The notes under the pieces: generated by a model
Databases searched by the model: none
What the model was told of the DNA's origin: nothing
The model's input: the letters and a program-made list of their open reading frames with translations, nothing else
Position numbers and translations under genes: made by a program
Assembly: GCA_963842085.1 (NCBI GenBank)
Contig: CAWJET010000001.1
Coordinates: forward strand, 1,760,001-1,824,000
Direction: 5' to 3'
Origin: an uncultured delta proteobacterium
GTDB lineage: Bacteria; Desulfobacterota; Binatia; Binatales; Binataceae
Length of the DNA: 64,000 bases
Shown: in pieces, positions 1 to 9,581 of the stretch
Layout: the number at the start of each line of letters is the position of its first letter
How positions within the stretch are numbered: position 1 is the stretch's first letter

Positions 1-1
1 T

Positions 2-100
2 GAGGCTTTGTATGACAGCATGTCGGACGCGCAGAAAAAGACCGCCGACGCCATGTTCCGAAGCCGGGTGCGTTCCGCGGCGGCAAAAGGCAGCAAGTGA
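2..100 (+). CDS. 3' end of a gene entering the window, probably Spy/CpxP (LTXXQ-motif) periplasmic protein
   Basis: Frame from position 2 reads EALYDSMSDAQKKTADAMFRSRVRSAAAKGSK-stop (TGA 98-100); LY-x-SMS-x-x-QKKTAD resembles the C-terminal LTXXQ repeat. Confidence 0.55.
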   Translation, partial: EALYDSMSDAQKKTADAMFRSRVRSAAAKGSK

Positions 101-173
101 CTGACAATCGGGTACTACAATACGCAACCCGCCGACATGTCGCGATTCGCTCCAAGGAAAATGGAGAGTCACC

Positions 174-500
174 ATGAAAAAGTACTCGGTAAACAAGATA
201 AGTAAAATTGCAATTGCGGTCGGTTTAGGTGTCATGATGTGCGGTGCTGCAGTAAGTCCTGCATTCGCCGACGACCACGGCCGCGGACATCAAGAGGAGC
301 GCCACGGAGATCAGGGCAGAGGCGACGATCGCGATCGGGGCGGAGTCTATGTAGCGCCGGTGCCTGACTACTATTATGCGCCCCAACCCAACTACTACTA
401 CGCGCCTGAGCCGGACTACTACAATTACAACTACCCGCCCCAGCCGGAGTACTATCCGCCACCACCGTCGCAGGGCATAGATCTCTTCTTCGGGTTCTAA
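174..500 (+). CDS. Small secreted protein with His/Gly/Asp-rich N-region and Tyr/Pro-rich C-region
   Basis: GGAG RBS upstream; signal peptide ending AFA; repeats such as APQPNYYY/APEPDYYNY. Confidence 0.75.
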   Translation: MKKYSVNKISKIAIAVGLGVMMCGAAVSPAFADDHGRGHQEERHGDQGRGDDRDRGGVYVAPVPDYYYAPQPNYYYAPEPDYYNYNYPPQPEYYPPPPSQGIDLFFGF

Positions 501-559
501 AAAGGATTCGGCTAGATCAAGTATTTCAGATTAGCCAAAGCTGAAATCAGGAGAATACG

Positions 560-943
560 ATGTCCCTTAGATTTTTGTTGGTTGTCGAATTGCTATTGCT
601 TCTGGCCGGTGGGCTTACGATGCAGGCCTACGGAGCCTCTTGTGCGGAAGCGCAGCGAATCCGGAACGTCTATTGGAACGATCTCAACACCGGGCATCCC
701 TCCGCCGCTGCTGACCTTAAGAGTCAAAACGAGTGGGCGTTCCGCGGCACTTGTGGGTCCTACGATATGTATAACTATGGTGACTACGACCACGATCGTC
801 ATTGGCACGACTCGGACTGGTGGGTCGGCCATGATCAAGGTTGGGTCAAGCAGCATCATCCGAACTGGATGAAGCAACACGAACATCACGATAACGGCCA
901 CGGCCAGGATCACAGCCAGGGTCATGGTCACGATAACCATTAG
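560..943 (+). CDS. Small secreted His/Trp-rich protein
   Basis: AGGAG RBS; hydrophobic signal peptide; two Cys; C-terminal HEHHDNGHGQDHSQGHGHDNH. Confidence 0.75.
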   Translation: MSLRFLLVVELLLLLAGGLTMQAYGASCAEAQRIRNVYWNDLNTGHPSAAADLKSQNEWAFRGTCGSYDMYNYGDYDHDRHWHDSDWWVGHDQGWVKQHHPNWMKQHEHHDNGHGQDHSQGHGHDNH

Positions 944-1000
944 TCTTCCCGCGACCTGAATTGGAGAAGTTCGCCGGATCCCAGTTCAAATCTTGCAGTT

Positions 1001-1200
1001 ATGGGCGCCGTCTTCGCCAACGCTCCGATTGAGCCAGCCGCCGTGGCCGTTCGGATCGCGAAGATCCATGGTGAACTTCCGATGCTCTGTGTCGGTGTCT
1101 CCCAAGCCACCGTGTCGCGCTACATGCCTGCTCGAAGCCGACGGTCAGGACAATGGCGGCGGACTTTTCTTCGCAATCAAGCCATGGCCTTCCCAGGGCG
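1001..1200 (+). pseudogene. Degenerate fragment of an IS transposase (integrase-core family, N-terminal HTH region)
   Basis: KIHGELxMLxxGVSQATVSRYM...WRRTFLRNQA matches the IHGELLKLG..VSQATVSRYM...WRTFLRNH motif of integrase-domain transposases; no DDE core follows. Confidence 0.6.
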
Positions 1201-1281
1201 ACGCGTGAGAGCCACTCCGCATCGACAGCGAGGACTAAACTGTTGTAAAGAGACTCGAACGCTAGAACAGGAGTCCTTTGC

Positions 1282-1932
1282 ATGGCACTGAAGATCGTCG
1301 GCGCCGGATTCGGACGAACCGGCACGCTCTCACTCAAAAGCGCGCTCGAGAAACTAGGCTTCGGCCCCTGTTATCACATGGCGGAAGTTTTTCCTCGGCC
1401 TGAGCACGTCGCGATGTGGCATCGGCTGGCATTCGGGCATCCGATGGACTGGGACGAGATCTTCCGCGGCTTCCGCGCGACGGTCGACTGGCCGGCGGCG
1501 CGATGGTGGCGCGAAATCGCCGCATACTATCCGAATGCGAAAGTGCTGCTCTCGGTGCGCGATCCGGAAGCCTGGTACAGGAGCATGAGCGAGACAATTT
1601 ACCAGCCGATGAAATCGCCAGCGCCCGACGGCGCACCGGAACTCGTCCGGCTCCAGACCGAGATGGCCCGAAAGGCAGTGCTAGCCGAGACCTTCGACAA
1701 CCGCTTCGAGGACAAGGCTCACGCGATAGAGGTGTTCAAGCGGCACAATCAGGAAGTGCGCGCCACGATCGATCCTGCGCGCCTGCTCGAGTTCGACGTG
1801 CGGCAAGGATGGGCGCCGCTGTGCCGTTTCCTCGAGGTGCCTATACCTGACGAACCGTTCCCGCGGCTCAACGACACCGCGACAACTCAGGCAATGATCC
1901 GGCTCATGCAGGAATCAATCGGCAAAGGCTGA
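1282..1932 (+). CDS. Sulfotransferase-family (Sulfotransfer_4-like) P-loop protein
   Basis: N-terminal KIVGAGFGRTGTLSLKSALEKLGFGPCYHM; C-terminal GWAPLCRFLEVPIPDEPFPRLN. Confidence 0.85.
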   Translation: MALKIVGAGFGRTGTLSLKSALEKLGFGPCYHMAEVFPRPEHVAMWHRLAFGHPMDWDEIFRGFRATVDWPAARWWREIAAYYPNAKVLLSVRDPEAWYRSMSETIYQPMKSPAPDGAPELVRLQTEMARKAVLAETFDNRFEDKAHAIEVFKRHNQEVRATIDPARLLEFDVRQGWAPLCRFLEVPIPDEPFPRLNDTATTQAMIRLMQESIGKG

Positions 1933-2152
1933 TTGCTAGCGTCCGCGACCTGCGGCCTGGTAGCTGCGTTCCGCATTTGCCGGTTTCGATGCTTCGAGTT
2001 TTTTAGGATACCGCTCTACGTCAGGCATGAACGCCGGATGCTGACGCAGTCAACACGCCTTTGGGTCCCAGATCGCGGGCGATGGACTCGGCGAGAATTC
2101 GTTGCGCTGCCTCGGACCTACACCGGTCACGATTGCAACTGGGCTCGTGTCA

Positions 2153-3364
2153 TTATCCACCAGCTGATTCCTTTTTGGACTGACTGTTGATGACACGGCT
2201 GTTTTCGAAGTGCGCTATGGCGTACGCGTCGTAGCCGATCTCTTCGAGGAGGGAGGCACTGTCCGCGCCTAGTTGAGGCGCCAGCCTGCGCACGGCAGTG
2301 GGCGTGCGATCGAAGCGAGCCGCCGCCCTCGGCATGCGGACTCTCCCGAGCGCCTCGCTGTCAAACTCTTCGAGGATATGGTTCTCACGGACCTGGCGGT
2401 CGTGCAGCAGTTCGAAACGGCTGACAACCGGCGCCGACGGAACATCGTTGGCGAGCAACCGCGGCAGGATTTCGTCGGCGCGCCACTTCTCTAGCTCCGC
2501 CGAGGTTATGGCGCGGCGCTCGACGGCATTGATCGATCGATCGCGCGCGGTCTTGAAATGAGGATCGTTGATGAGATCCTGCCGATTGAGCGCCCGGCAC
2601 ATGCCGGCCCATTCGTCGTCCGACAGCGCAGCCGCGGTTATGTAACGGTCCTGCGTGGCGAATACCAGATCGGGACCCACCTCGCCGTCCGAGGGATCGG
2701 TCTCGGCACCTACAAAGGTCAAACTCGGCATCGCCTCGGGCCACAGATAAGAGATCATCGCGTCCAGCATAGAGAGCCGCACGTGCTGTCCCTGGCCGGT
2801 GCGCTCGCGCGCGAAAAGCGCCGCGGTTATGGCCTGGGCCGCGGTCAGAGCGGTCGTGTAGTCGGCTATGATAGTTCGCACCATCCGTGGACGCCCAGTG
2901 TCCCTGTCACGCTGGATATCCGCGAGGCCCGACATAGCTTGAATCACGGGGTCATAGGCGCGCTGGTTGGCATAAGGGCCGGCGGTTCCATACCCCGTGA
3001 TCGACACGTAGACAATGTCGCGCCGGATAGCTCTCACTACCTCCTCGCCGAGTCCCATGCGCTCCGCAATGCCCGGACGAAAGTTGTGAGCAAACACTTG
3101 CGCGGTAGCTATCAGCTTCTTTACGATTTCGAGACCATCGGTTGACTTGAGATCGACCGCTAGCGAGCGCTTATTGCGGTTGCAGCTCAGGAAGGATGCG
3201 TTGATCCCGTTGCGGCCCCGGCTGAAGTGACGCATAAGGTCGCCATCTGGCGATTCGATCTTGATAACGTCGGCACCCTGGTCGGCAAGCATCATGGTCG
3301 CGACAGGTCCCGCGACCATTGTCGTCAGATCTAATATCCGCACTCCTTCAAGCGCACCCGGCAT
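2153..3364 (-). CDS. CoA-transferase family III (CaiB/BaiF)
   Basis: ALEGVRILDLTTMVAGP...LADQGADVIKIE, NRNKRS, HNFRPG, YDPVIQAMSG. Confidence 0.92.
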   Translation of the reverse strand: MPGALEGVRILDLTTMVAGPVATMMLADQGADVIKIESPDGDLMRHFSRGRNGINASFLSCNRNKRSLAVDLKSTDGLEIVKKLIATAQVFAHNFRPGIAERMGLGEEVVRAIRRDIVYVSITGYGTAGPYANQRAYDPVIQAMSGLADIQRDRDTGRPRMVRTIIADYTTALTAAQAITAALFARERTGQGQHVRLSMLDAMISYLWPEAMPSLTFVGAETDPSDGEVGPDLVFATQDRYITAAALSDDEWAGMCRALNRQDLINDPHFKTARDRSINAVERRAITSAELEKWRADEILPRLLANDVPSAPVVSRFELLHDRQVRENHILEEFDSEALGRVRMPRAAARFDRTPTAVRRLAPQLGADSASLLEEIGYDAYAIAHFENSRVINSQSKKESAGG

Positions 3365-3397
3365 TTACCTGCTCCTCGCAGCTGATCTCATCCTAGG

Positions 3398-4039
3398 TTA
3401 TCCCATCGCTGGAAAATTCCTTTCGAGAGCTTTCCGATATGCCGGCCGGACAACTATGCGCGAGCGATACTCATGCAGCGTGTCAGACAGGGGAATTCGG
3501 TCGGTCACCGCCCAATCGAGGCAAGTCATCAGAAGGATATCGGCGACGCTGAACTGGTCTCCCATAAGATATCGCCCCGACTTTGCGATCGTTGGAGCCA
3601 TCGCTTCGGCATTCTCCATGAAGTAGCTCCTGGCGGCCTCGACGGCCTTAGGCGCCGCGCCATAGATGTGCTCCAACCCTACGTGGCGGCGCATCACGTA
3701 GAGCGAGCCGGCGTCAAGCTCAGTCGCGATGAAATAACACCACTCGTTCAGAGCGGCCCGACTCTCAGGATTGCGAGGCGCTGCCATCAATTCGGGACTG
3801 GCAAAGGTCTCACTCAAGTACTGAATAATCGCGGCGCTCTCGGTCAGTATGAAAGCGCCGTGGCGAAGGACCGGAATCTTATGCCTGGGATTGAGCCGCA
3901 CAAATTCGTCGGTCTTGGTCTCTCCCGTGCGCGAGCCGATCGCATGGTAGTCATAATCCAGGCCCAGTTCGAGCAACATCCAATGAGGCCGCATCGTGCG
4001 GCTGGTCCCGACTCCCCACAGAGTTAAGTCATGCTTCAT
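3398..4039 (-). CDS. Glutathione S-transferase family protein
   Basis: Start refined to ATG 4039 (MKHDLTLWG); LNPRHKIPVL, LTESAAIIQYL, FSVADI motifs. Confidence 0.88.
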   Translation of the reverse strand: MKHDLTLWGVGTSRTMRPHWMLLELGLDYDYHAIGSRTGETKTDEFVRLNPRHKIPVLRHGAFILTESAAIIQYLSETFASPELMAAPRNPESRAALNEWCYFIATELDAGSLYVMRRHVGLEHIYGAAPKAVEAARSYFMENAEAMAPTIAKSGRYLMGDQFSVADILLMTCLDWAVTDRIPLSDTLHEYRSRIVVRPAYRKALERNFPAMG

Positions 4040-4061
4040 AGCAATCGCTCGCGCTCGCGGC

Positions 4062-4799
4062 CTAGAATTTTTCCTTGAACGGCCTGATATCGAGCTGGTG
4101 GCTCCACGCGCTGCGATCCTGATGTGCCAGGTACCAGAACGCGTCGGCGATCGCGGACGGCTTGAGGAAGTCTTCGTCCTGGGAGTCGGGGCGGAACTTC
4201 CTGAGCAGCGGCATATCGATGCCACCGTCCACGTTTACGTACGCGACGTGGATGCCTTGAGGATGAAGGTCGCGCGACATCACCTCGGCGAGGCCCCGCA
4301 CTGCAAACTTCGCCGGCGCGAACGCCGCGGAGGTCGGCCACGGCCGGACGCCGGCAGTCGCGCCGGTGATCAAAATCGAGCCGCTGCCGCGCGCGAGCAT
4401 TTCAGGCACGACCTGGCGCGCCCACAGAAACGCTCCTAAGGTGTGCAATCGCCACGTTTCCTCGAAGACCTTAGGCGTCGTTTCCATCAAGCGGCCCATC
4501 GGACGCCGGCCGCCATTGTAGATCAGGATCTCGATCGGACCGAGTTCGCGGGTGATTCCTTGATGCGCGGCCGCGACTTCCGCTTCGACAGTAGCGTCGC
4601 TCTGGATTGGAAGCGCGACGCCGCCGGCCGCCTTGATCTCGCCGGTAGTCTTTCCAATGATTTCTGCGCTCCTGGCGATGAGCGCAACCTTGTAGCCCGC
4701 GGCGAAGCGCAGCGCCAAGGCCATGCCAAGCCCTTCGCCGACGCCGACCACCACGCACACTTTGCCCGATTTAACCGAGGTAGAATCGTTCATAATCAT
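4062..4799 (-). CDS. Short-chain dehydrogenase/reductase (atypical SDR)
   Basis: VVVGVGEGLG Rossmann motif; ITGATA, AKFAVRGLA, IHVAYVNVDG. Confidence 0.88.
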   Translation of the reverse strand: MIMNDSTSVKSGKVCVVVGVGEGLGMALALRFAAGYKVALIARSAEIIGKTTGEIKAAGGVALPIQSDATVEAEVAAAHQGITRELGPIEILIYNGGRRPMGRLMETTPKVFEETWRLHTLGAFLWARQVVPEMLARGSGSILITGATAGVRPWPTSAAFAPAKFAVRGLAEVMSRDLHPQGIHVAYVNVDGGIDMPLLRKFRPDSQDEDFLKPSAIADAFWYLAHQDRSAWSHQLDIRPFKEKF

Positions 4800-4817
4800 T
4801 TCCCGCCGGCTCTATTG

Positions 4818-4858
4818 ATGACGCTCGTCATGTTTGGTATATTAATGACGTGCGTAAT
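4818..4858. promoter_or_regulatory. Two ATGACGnnCGT(C/A)AT palindromes, likely operators of the adjacent TetR
   Basis: ATGAC-GCTC-GTCAT at 4818-4831 and ATGAC-GTGC-GTAAT at 4845-4858 in the AT-rich gap between divergent SDR and TetR. Confidence 0.6.
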
Positions 4859-4899
4859 CATATGTGTCAAGGACCGAGCGACAGAATCCGGGGAGCTGG

Positions 4900-5502
4900 A
4901 TGCGAGTTTCGAAAGAAAGGGCTGCGCAGAACCGCGAACGAATCCTGACTTCCGCCGCGCGACTGTTCCGCGAACACGGCATCGGCGCCACCGGAGTTGA
5001 CTCGATCACCGAGGATGCAGGCCTGACCCACGGCGGGCTCTACAGCCAGTTCGGATCCAAGGAGGCGATCGCGGCCGAAGCGATTCGCTTTGCGCTGGCG
5101 CGGGGCAAGCGCGTCTGGCAGCGAACGGTCGAACGCCACCCGGGAAAGCGGGCGCTTCCCGCGATCGTTGAGAGTTACCTTTCTCCCGCCCATCGCGACG
5201 CACCCGGCAACGGTTGCGTGGTCGCGGCACTCGGCACGGACATCGCCAGGCAGCCCCGACGCGTTCGTCACGCTTTCACCATGCAGTTGAAAGATGATCT
5301 TGAATTCCTGTCCCGGCTGATGCCGGATGACGGCCACGCACGGCGCTACCAAAACGCGCTGGTCGCGTTCGCTTCCATGGCCGGCGCGCTGATTCTCGCG
5401 CGTGCGGTCGACGACGAGGCGCTTTCAGATTTGATATTGAAGAGCACCGCCAAGCGAGTGGTCAAGGCTGCAAAAGTCCGGGCAGGCGTCCGCCGGTCCT
5501 AG
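4900..5502 (+). CDS. TetR/AcrR family transcriptional regulator
   Basis: MRVSKE...AARLFREHGIGATGVDSITEDAGLTHGGLYSQFGSKE HTH; start refined to ATG 4900. Confidence 0.92.
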   Translation: MRVSKERAAQNRERILTSAARLFREHGIGATGVDSITEDAGLTHGGLYSQFGSKEAIAAEAIRFALARGKRVWQRTVERHPGKRALPAIVESYLSPAHRDAPGNGCVVAALGTDIARQPRRVRHAFTMQLKDDLEFLSRLMPDDGHARRYQNALVAFASMAGALILARAVDDEALSDLILKSTAKRVVKAAKVRAGVRRS

Positions 5503-5520
5503 ACGCAAGGAGGATTACCC

Positions 5521-6264
5521 TTGGAACACCGAAATGCCACGGCAGCAGTCATAGGAGCCGGCGATTACATCGGCGGCGCAATCGCCAAAAAATTCGCAGC
5601 CGAGGGCTTCACCGTCTTTGCGGGCCGCCGCCAGGGCGACAGACTCGCGCCATTGGTCGCCGAGGTCCAGGCGAACGGCGGCCGAATCTCTGCGCGCTCG
5701 CTGGACGCGCGCAAGGAAGATGACCTCACCGCTTTTCTGCAGGACGCCGACAAGCAAGCGCCGCTCGAGGTTTGCATCTTCAATATCGGCGCTAACGTCA
5801 ATTTCCCGTTGCTCGAGACGACCGATCGCGTGTTCCGCAAGGTCTGGGAGATGGCCTGCTACTCCGGGTTCGTCGCGGGCAGAGAGGCGGCCCGCCTGAT
5901 GCTTCCGCACGGGCGCGGATCTATTTTCTTTACGGGCGCCACCGCCAGTATGCGCGGCGGAGTCGGCTATGCGGCATTCGCGGCTGCGAAATTCGGTCTG
6001 CGCGCGGTTGCACAAAGCGCGGCGCGGGAACTCGGCCCGAAGAATATCCATGTCGCTCATCTGGTGATCGACGCTGGAGTGGATACGGCGTGGGTGCGCG
6101 ATCGAATCAGGGAACGCGAGGGCGACGAGGCGATGAAGAACCTCGACCCTGGACGGCTCATGCGGCCGGCGGCCGTGGCCGAGGCATATTGGCAGCTCTA
6201 CCAGCAGCCGCGTGACGCGTGGACCTTCGAGCAGGAGATCCGTCCCTTCGGAGAAAAATGGTGA
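5521..6264 (+). CDS. Short-chain dehydrogenase/reductase
   Basis: TTG start after GGAGG; VIGAGDYIG, FTGATASMRG, AAAKFGLRAVAQS. Confidence 0.9.
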   Translation: MEHRNATAAVIGAGDYIGGAIAKKFAAEGFTVFAGRRQGDRLAPLVAEVQANGGRISARSLDARKEDDLTAFLQDADKQAPLEVCIFNIGANVNFPLLETTDRVFRKVWEMACYSGFVAGREAARLMLPHGRGSIFFTGATASMRGGVGYAAFAAAKFGLRAVAQSAARELGPKNIHVAHLVIDAGVDTAWVRDRIREREGDEAMKNLDPGRLMRPAAVAEAYWQLYQQPRDAWTFEQEIRPFGEKW

Positions 6265-6268
6265 GACC

Positions 6269-6874
6269 ATGGTCAAGGTGGAATTTCATTTCGATTTCGG
6301 CAGTCCCAACGCCTATCTGAGCCACCTCGTGATTCCTGAAATCGAAAAGCGCGCGGGGGTGAAGTTCGAATACGTGCCCGTGCTGCTGGGCGGGGTCTTC
6401 AAGCTGACCAACAATCGCTCGCCGGCGCAAAGCCTGGCCGGCATCAAAAACAAGCCCGAGTACGAAAGGCTCGAGATGGCGCGCTTCATCAAACGTCACC
6501 GGATTACGCGATTTCAGAGCAATCCGTTTTTTCCCGTGAACACCCTTATGATGATGCGCGGGGCGATCGCCGCGCGGACGCTGGGCGTGTTCGAACGCTA
6601 CGTGGACGAGATGTTCCGGAACATGTGGGCTGATCCCAAAAAGATGGACGACCCCAGCGTGTTCCGCGCGGCGCTCGACGAGGCGGGGCTACCGACCGCG
6701 CGAATCCTCGAGCTGATCGAAACTCAGCCGGTGAAGGACCAACTGCTCGACAACACGAATCGCTCGGTCGGGCGCGGCACGTTCGGTTCGCCGACTTTCT
6801 ACGTCGGCAACGAGATCTTCTTCGGCAAGGATCGCCTGCGCGACGTCGAGGAAATGATCCTGGGGTCGGGCTAG
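6269..6874 (+). CDS. 2-hydroxychromene-2-carboxylate isomerase / GST-kappa (DsbA-like) family protein
   Basis: VEFHFDFGSPNAYL, GTFGSPTF, FFGKDRL motifs. Confidence 0.9.
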   Translation: MVKVEFHFDFGSPNAYLSHLVIPEIEKRAGVKFEYVPVLLGGVFKLTNNRSPAQSLAGIKNKPEYERLEMARFIKRHRITRFQSNPFFPVNTLMMMRGAIAARTLGVFERYVDEMFRNMWADPKKMDDPSVFRAALDEAGLPTARILELIETQPVKDQLLDNTNRSVGRGTFGSPTFYVGNEIFFGKDRLRDVEEMILGSG

Positions 6875-6982
6875 TCAAATCCAATAATCTCGTGACAAGT
6901 GCGTCGCTCCTTCCCTTTGCCCTAAGCCGGGGAACGGCCTAGGCTGTGTGATCCCAGAATATTGGCATCGGAGGGTTGACTC

Positions 6983-7513
6983 ATGTCTGGCGACGACGAT
7001 GACCGCGAGATGCTGTTAGATGACGAACACCCCGGCCCACAAGTTCTCGAGTCCGCGCTTGCCAACACTGTCCTTAGCGAAGTCGTATCGCAACCGGCGC
7101 TGACGGTCTCCGCATCGACCACGCTTGCCGACGCGATCCACCTGATGCAACGGGAGCGGCGGGCCTGCGTGCTGGTCATGGAGAACGACCGCCTCGCCGG
7201 CATCTTCACCGAGCGCGACGTCCTGATGAAGGTGGCGGGACAACCGCTCGACCTCGCCCGCACTCCCGTGTCGGTGTCGATGACCGCCGATCCGTTCACG
7301 CTCCCAGCCGACGCGAATGTGGCGTTCGCGCTCAGCAAGATGGTGCTCGAGGGGTTCCGCCACATTCCGCTGGTCGACGACGACGGCCGTCCTACGGCGG
7401 TGGTCTCGATGCGCAACCTGATCGAGTATCTCGGCGAAATTTACTCGCGCGAGCTGCTGACTATGCCGCCCGAGCCGCATCAGCATCGCTTCAAGAGCCG
7501 CGAAGGGGCCTGA
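6983..7513 (+). CDS. CBS-domain pair protein
   Basis: LAGIFTERD and GFRHIPLVD CBS signatures. Confidence 0.88.
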   Translation: MSGDDDDREMLLDDEHPGPQVLESALANTVLSEVVSQPALTVSASTTLADAIHLMQRERRACVLVMENDRLAGIFTERDVLMKVAGQPLDLARTPVSVSMTADPFTLPADANVAFALSKMVLEGFRHIPLVDDDGRPTAVVSMRNLIEYLGEIYSRELLTMPPEPHQHRFKSREGA

Positions 7514-7533
7514 ACTCTTCATCCTTCACCTCG

Positions 7534-8136
7534 ATGCGGTTAAAGCACCTTCGCGCGCCGGCTCTCCTGCTGACTCTTGCGCTGGTGCTCGGCGGGCTAT
7601 CGGGATGCGGCATCAACAAGATTCCTACCCTCGATGAGCAGGTGAAGGCCGCCTGGAGCGAGGTGCTGAACCAGTATCAGCGGCGTGCCGACCTCATTCC
7701 GAACCTCGTCGAGACGGTCAAGGGCTATGCGCACCAGGAGCAGACCGTCCTGACCCAGGTGACTGAGGCGCGCGCGCATGCCACGCAGATGCAGCTTCCG
7801 GCGGACATTCTGTCGAACCCGCAGGCGTTTCACCAGTTCGAGCAGAACCAGGCGGCCGTTACCGGCGCGCTCGGCCGCCTGCTCGCGGTAGCGGAGGCGT
7901 ATCCCGACCTCAAGTCGAATCAAAACTTCCTCGCGCTTCAATCGCAGCTCGAGGGCACCGAGAATCGAATCGCCGTGGCACGCCGGGATTACATTATTGC
8001 GGTGCAGAACTACAACACCATACTCAGGACCATTCCAGGACGATGGGTAGCGGCGATCGTCTACCCTGACATGAAGGTTCGCGAGACCTTCACGATCACC
8101 GAGCAAGCCCAACAGGTACCCCAGGTCAAGTTCTGA
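7534..8136 (+). CDS. lemA: LemA family lipoprotein
   Basis: Lipobox LSGC; YQRRADLIPNLVETVKGYA, YPDLKS, LEGTENRIAVAR. Confidence 0.95.
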   Translation: MRLKHLRAPALLLTLALVLGGLSGCGINKIPTLDEQVKAAWSEVLNQYQRRADLIPNLVETVKGYAHQEQTVLTQVTEARAHATQMQLPADILSNPQAFHQFEQNQAAVTGALGRLLAVAEAYPDLKSNQNFLALQSQLEGTENRIAVARRDYIIAVQNYNTILRTIPGRWVAAIVYPDMKVRETFTITEQAQQVPQVKF

Positions 8137-8951
8137 TGCGCACTCGCTGCGCATGGGCGAGCAGCGTCATTGGAGCGGCGAATGCGCTGCTCATCCTGTC
8201 CCTGATCCTCGCGTCACCGGCGCTCGCCTCCGAAGCGAAGTTTCCGCCGCTCACGGGTCGCGTCGTCGATGATGCGGGCGTCCTGAACTCTTACACCGTG
8301 GGCGAACTCACCCTCATGCTGGCCGACCACGAGCGCATCACCGGCGAGCAAGTCGTGGTGGTCACCCTGCGTTCGCTCCAGGGATACCCGATCGAAGACT
8401 TCGGCTATCAGCTGGGCCGTCACTGGGGCATCGGGCAGAAAGGTAAGAATAACGGCGCGCTGCTAATCGTGGTTCCGAAGGAACACAAAGTTCGAATCGA
8501 AGTCGGCTACGGCCTCGAAGGAACCCTCACCGACGCGACCAGCCGGACCATCATCGAGCAATCTATCCTGCCCGCATTCCGACGCGGAGATTACAACTTC
8601 GGCGTTCTGGCCGGCACGCAAGCTATCCTGCAAGTGCTGGGTGGCAATGCGCTCAGCGCGGAGCCGGTGTCGCATCCGGTCGCAAATTCGGCGGCGGCCA
8701 CAGAGGGATTCGTTGTAGTGTGGTGCCTGCTGTTCTTTGGTCCGTGGCTAATTTTCTTCATCAACTGGTTCCGCCATCGCCATGACCCGATTTGGTGGGC
8801 CCAACACCGAGGTGCTCTCATCCTCCAGCGGGTCAACGGAGGCAGCCGATCTTCAAGCTGGGGCGGCGGAGGCGGAGGAGGTGGAGACGGCGGGGGCTTC
8901 TCCGGTGGCGGCGGATCGTTTGGCGGAGGCGGCGCCTCGGGTTCCTGGTGA
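8136..8951 (+). CDS. TPM-domain (YgcG-like) membrane protein with Gly-rich tail
   Basis: FPPLTGRVVDDA, WGIGQKGKNNG, RIEVGYGLEG, GGGGSFGGGGASGSW; start overlaps lemA stop. Confidence 0.92.
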   Translation: MRTRCAWASSVIGAANALLILSLILASPALASEAKFPPLTGRVVDDAGVLNSYTVGELTLMLADHERITGEQVVVVTLRSLQGYPIEDFGYQLGRHWGIGQKGKNNGALLIVVPKEHKVRIEVGYGLEGTLTDATSRTIIEQSILPAFRRGDYNFGVLAGTQAILQVLGGNALSAEPVSHPVANSAAATEGFVVVWCLLFFGPWLIFFINWFRHRHDPIWWAQHRGALILQRVNGGSRSSSWGGGGGGGGDGGGFSGGGGSFGGGGASGSW

Positions 8952-9541
8952 TGGCATTGAATCGGCTTACCACCAGTGAGCGCGATCGTATCGAGGCCGC
9001 GATGAAAAGTGTCGGAGATCGGACCAGCGCCGACTTCGCGCTGGTGATCGTTCCGGCGAGCGATCGCTATACGCTCTATCCCGTTCTATGGGCCGCGATC
9101 ATCGCGCTTTCGGCGACGGGCATCGTCGCTCTGCTACGCCCCGGGTACACGATCCTTACCGACTTTCTAATCAATGGCGCGCTCTTCATCGCACTGGCCC
9201 TGGTACTTGACTGGATGCCGCTCCGGATGCGGCTCGTCCCGTCCGAAGTGAAGTGCAGACATGCGCGCGAACTGGCGCATCGCGAGTTTGCAGTCCGAAT
9301 CGTCGCGCCGGGCACGCATCGCGACGGCGTGATGTTCTTTGTTTCCATCGCCGAGCGTTACGTGGAAATCCTGGCCGATCGCGACACCCACGCCCTCGCG
9401 CCCGCCGGAACCTGGAACAAAATCGTCGATGAATTCCTGGCAACTGTAAAAGCCGGCCGCGTCGCCGACGGCGTTCTCCATGCCGTCGAGGCCTGCGGCG
9501 CCATCCTTGAGGAACACCATCCCGCCGCGAGCGCATCGTAA
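8951..9541 (+). CDS. Second TPM-domain membrane protein
   Basis: ATG 8951 overlaps upstream TGA; two TM segments; GVMFFVSIAERYVEILAD; usual third gene of lemA operons. Confidence 0.85.
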   Translation: MALNRLTTSERDRIEAAMKSVGDRTSADFALVIVPASDRYTLYPVLWAAIIALSATGIVALLRPGYTILTDFLINGALFIALALVLDWMPLRMRLVPSEVKCRHARELAHREFAVRIVAPGTHRDGVMFFVSIAERYVEILADRDTHALAPAGTWNKIVDEFLATVKAGRVADGVLHAVEACGAILEEHHPAASAS

Positions 9542-9581
9542 TCCTTGACGCGGCGCACGCGCCCGCGCTAACCCCACAGCT

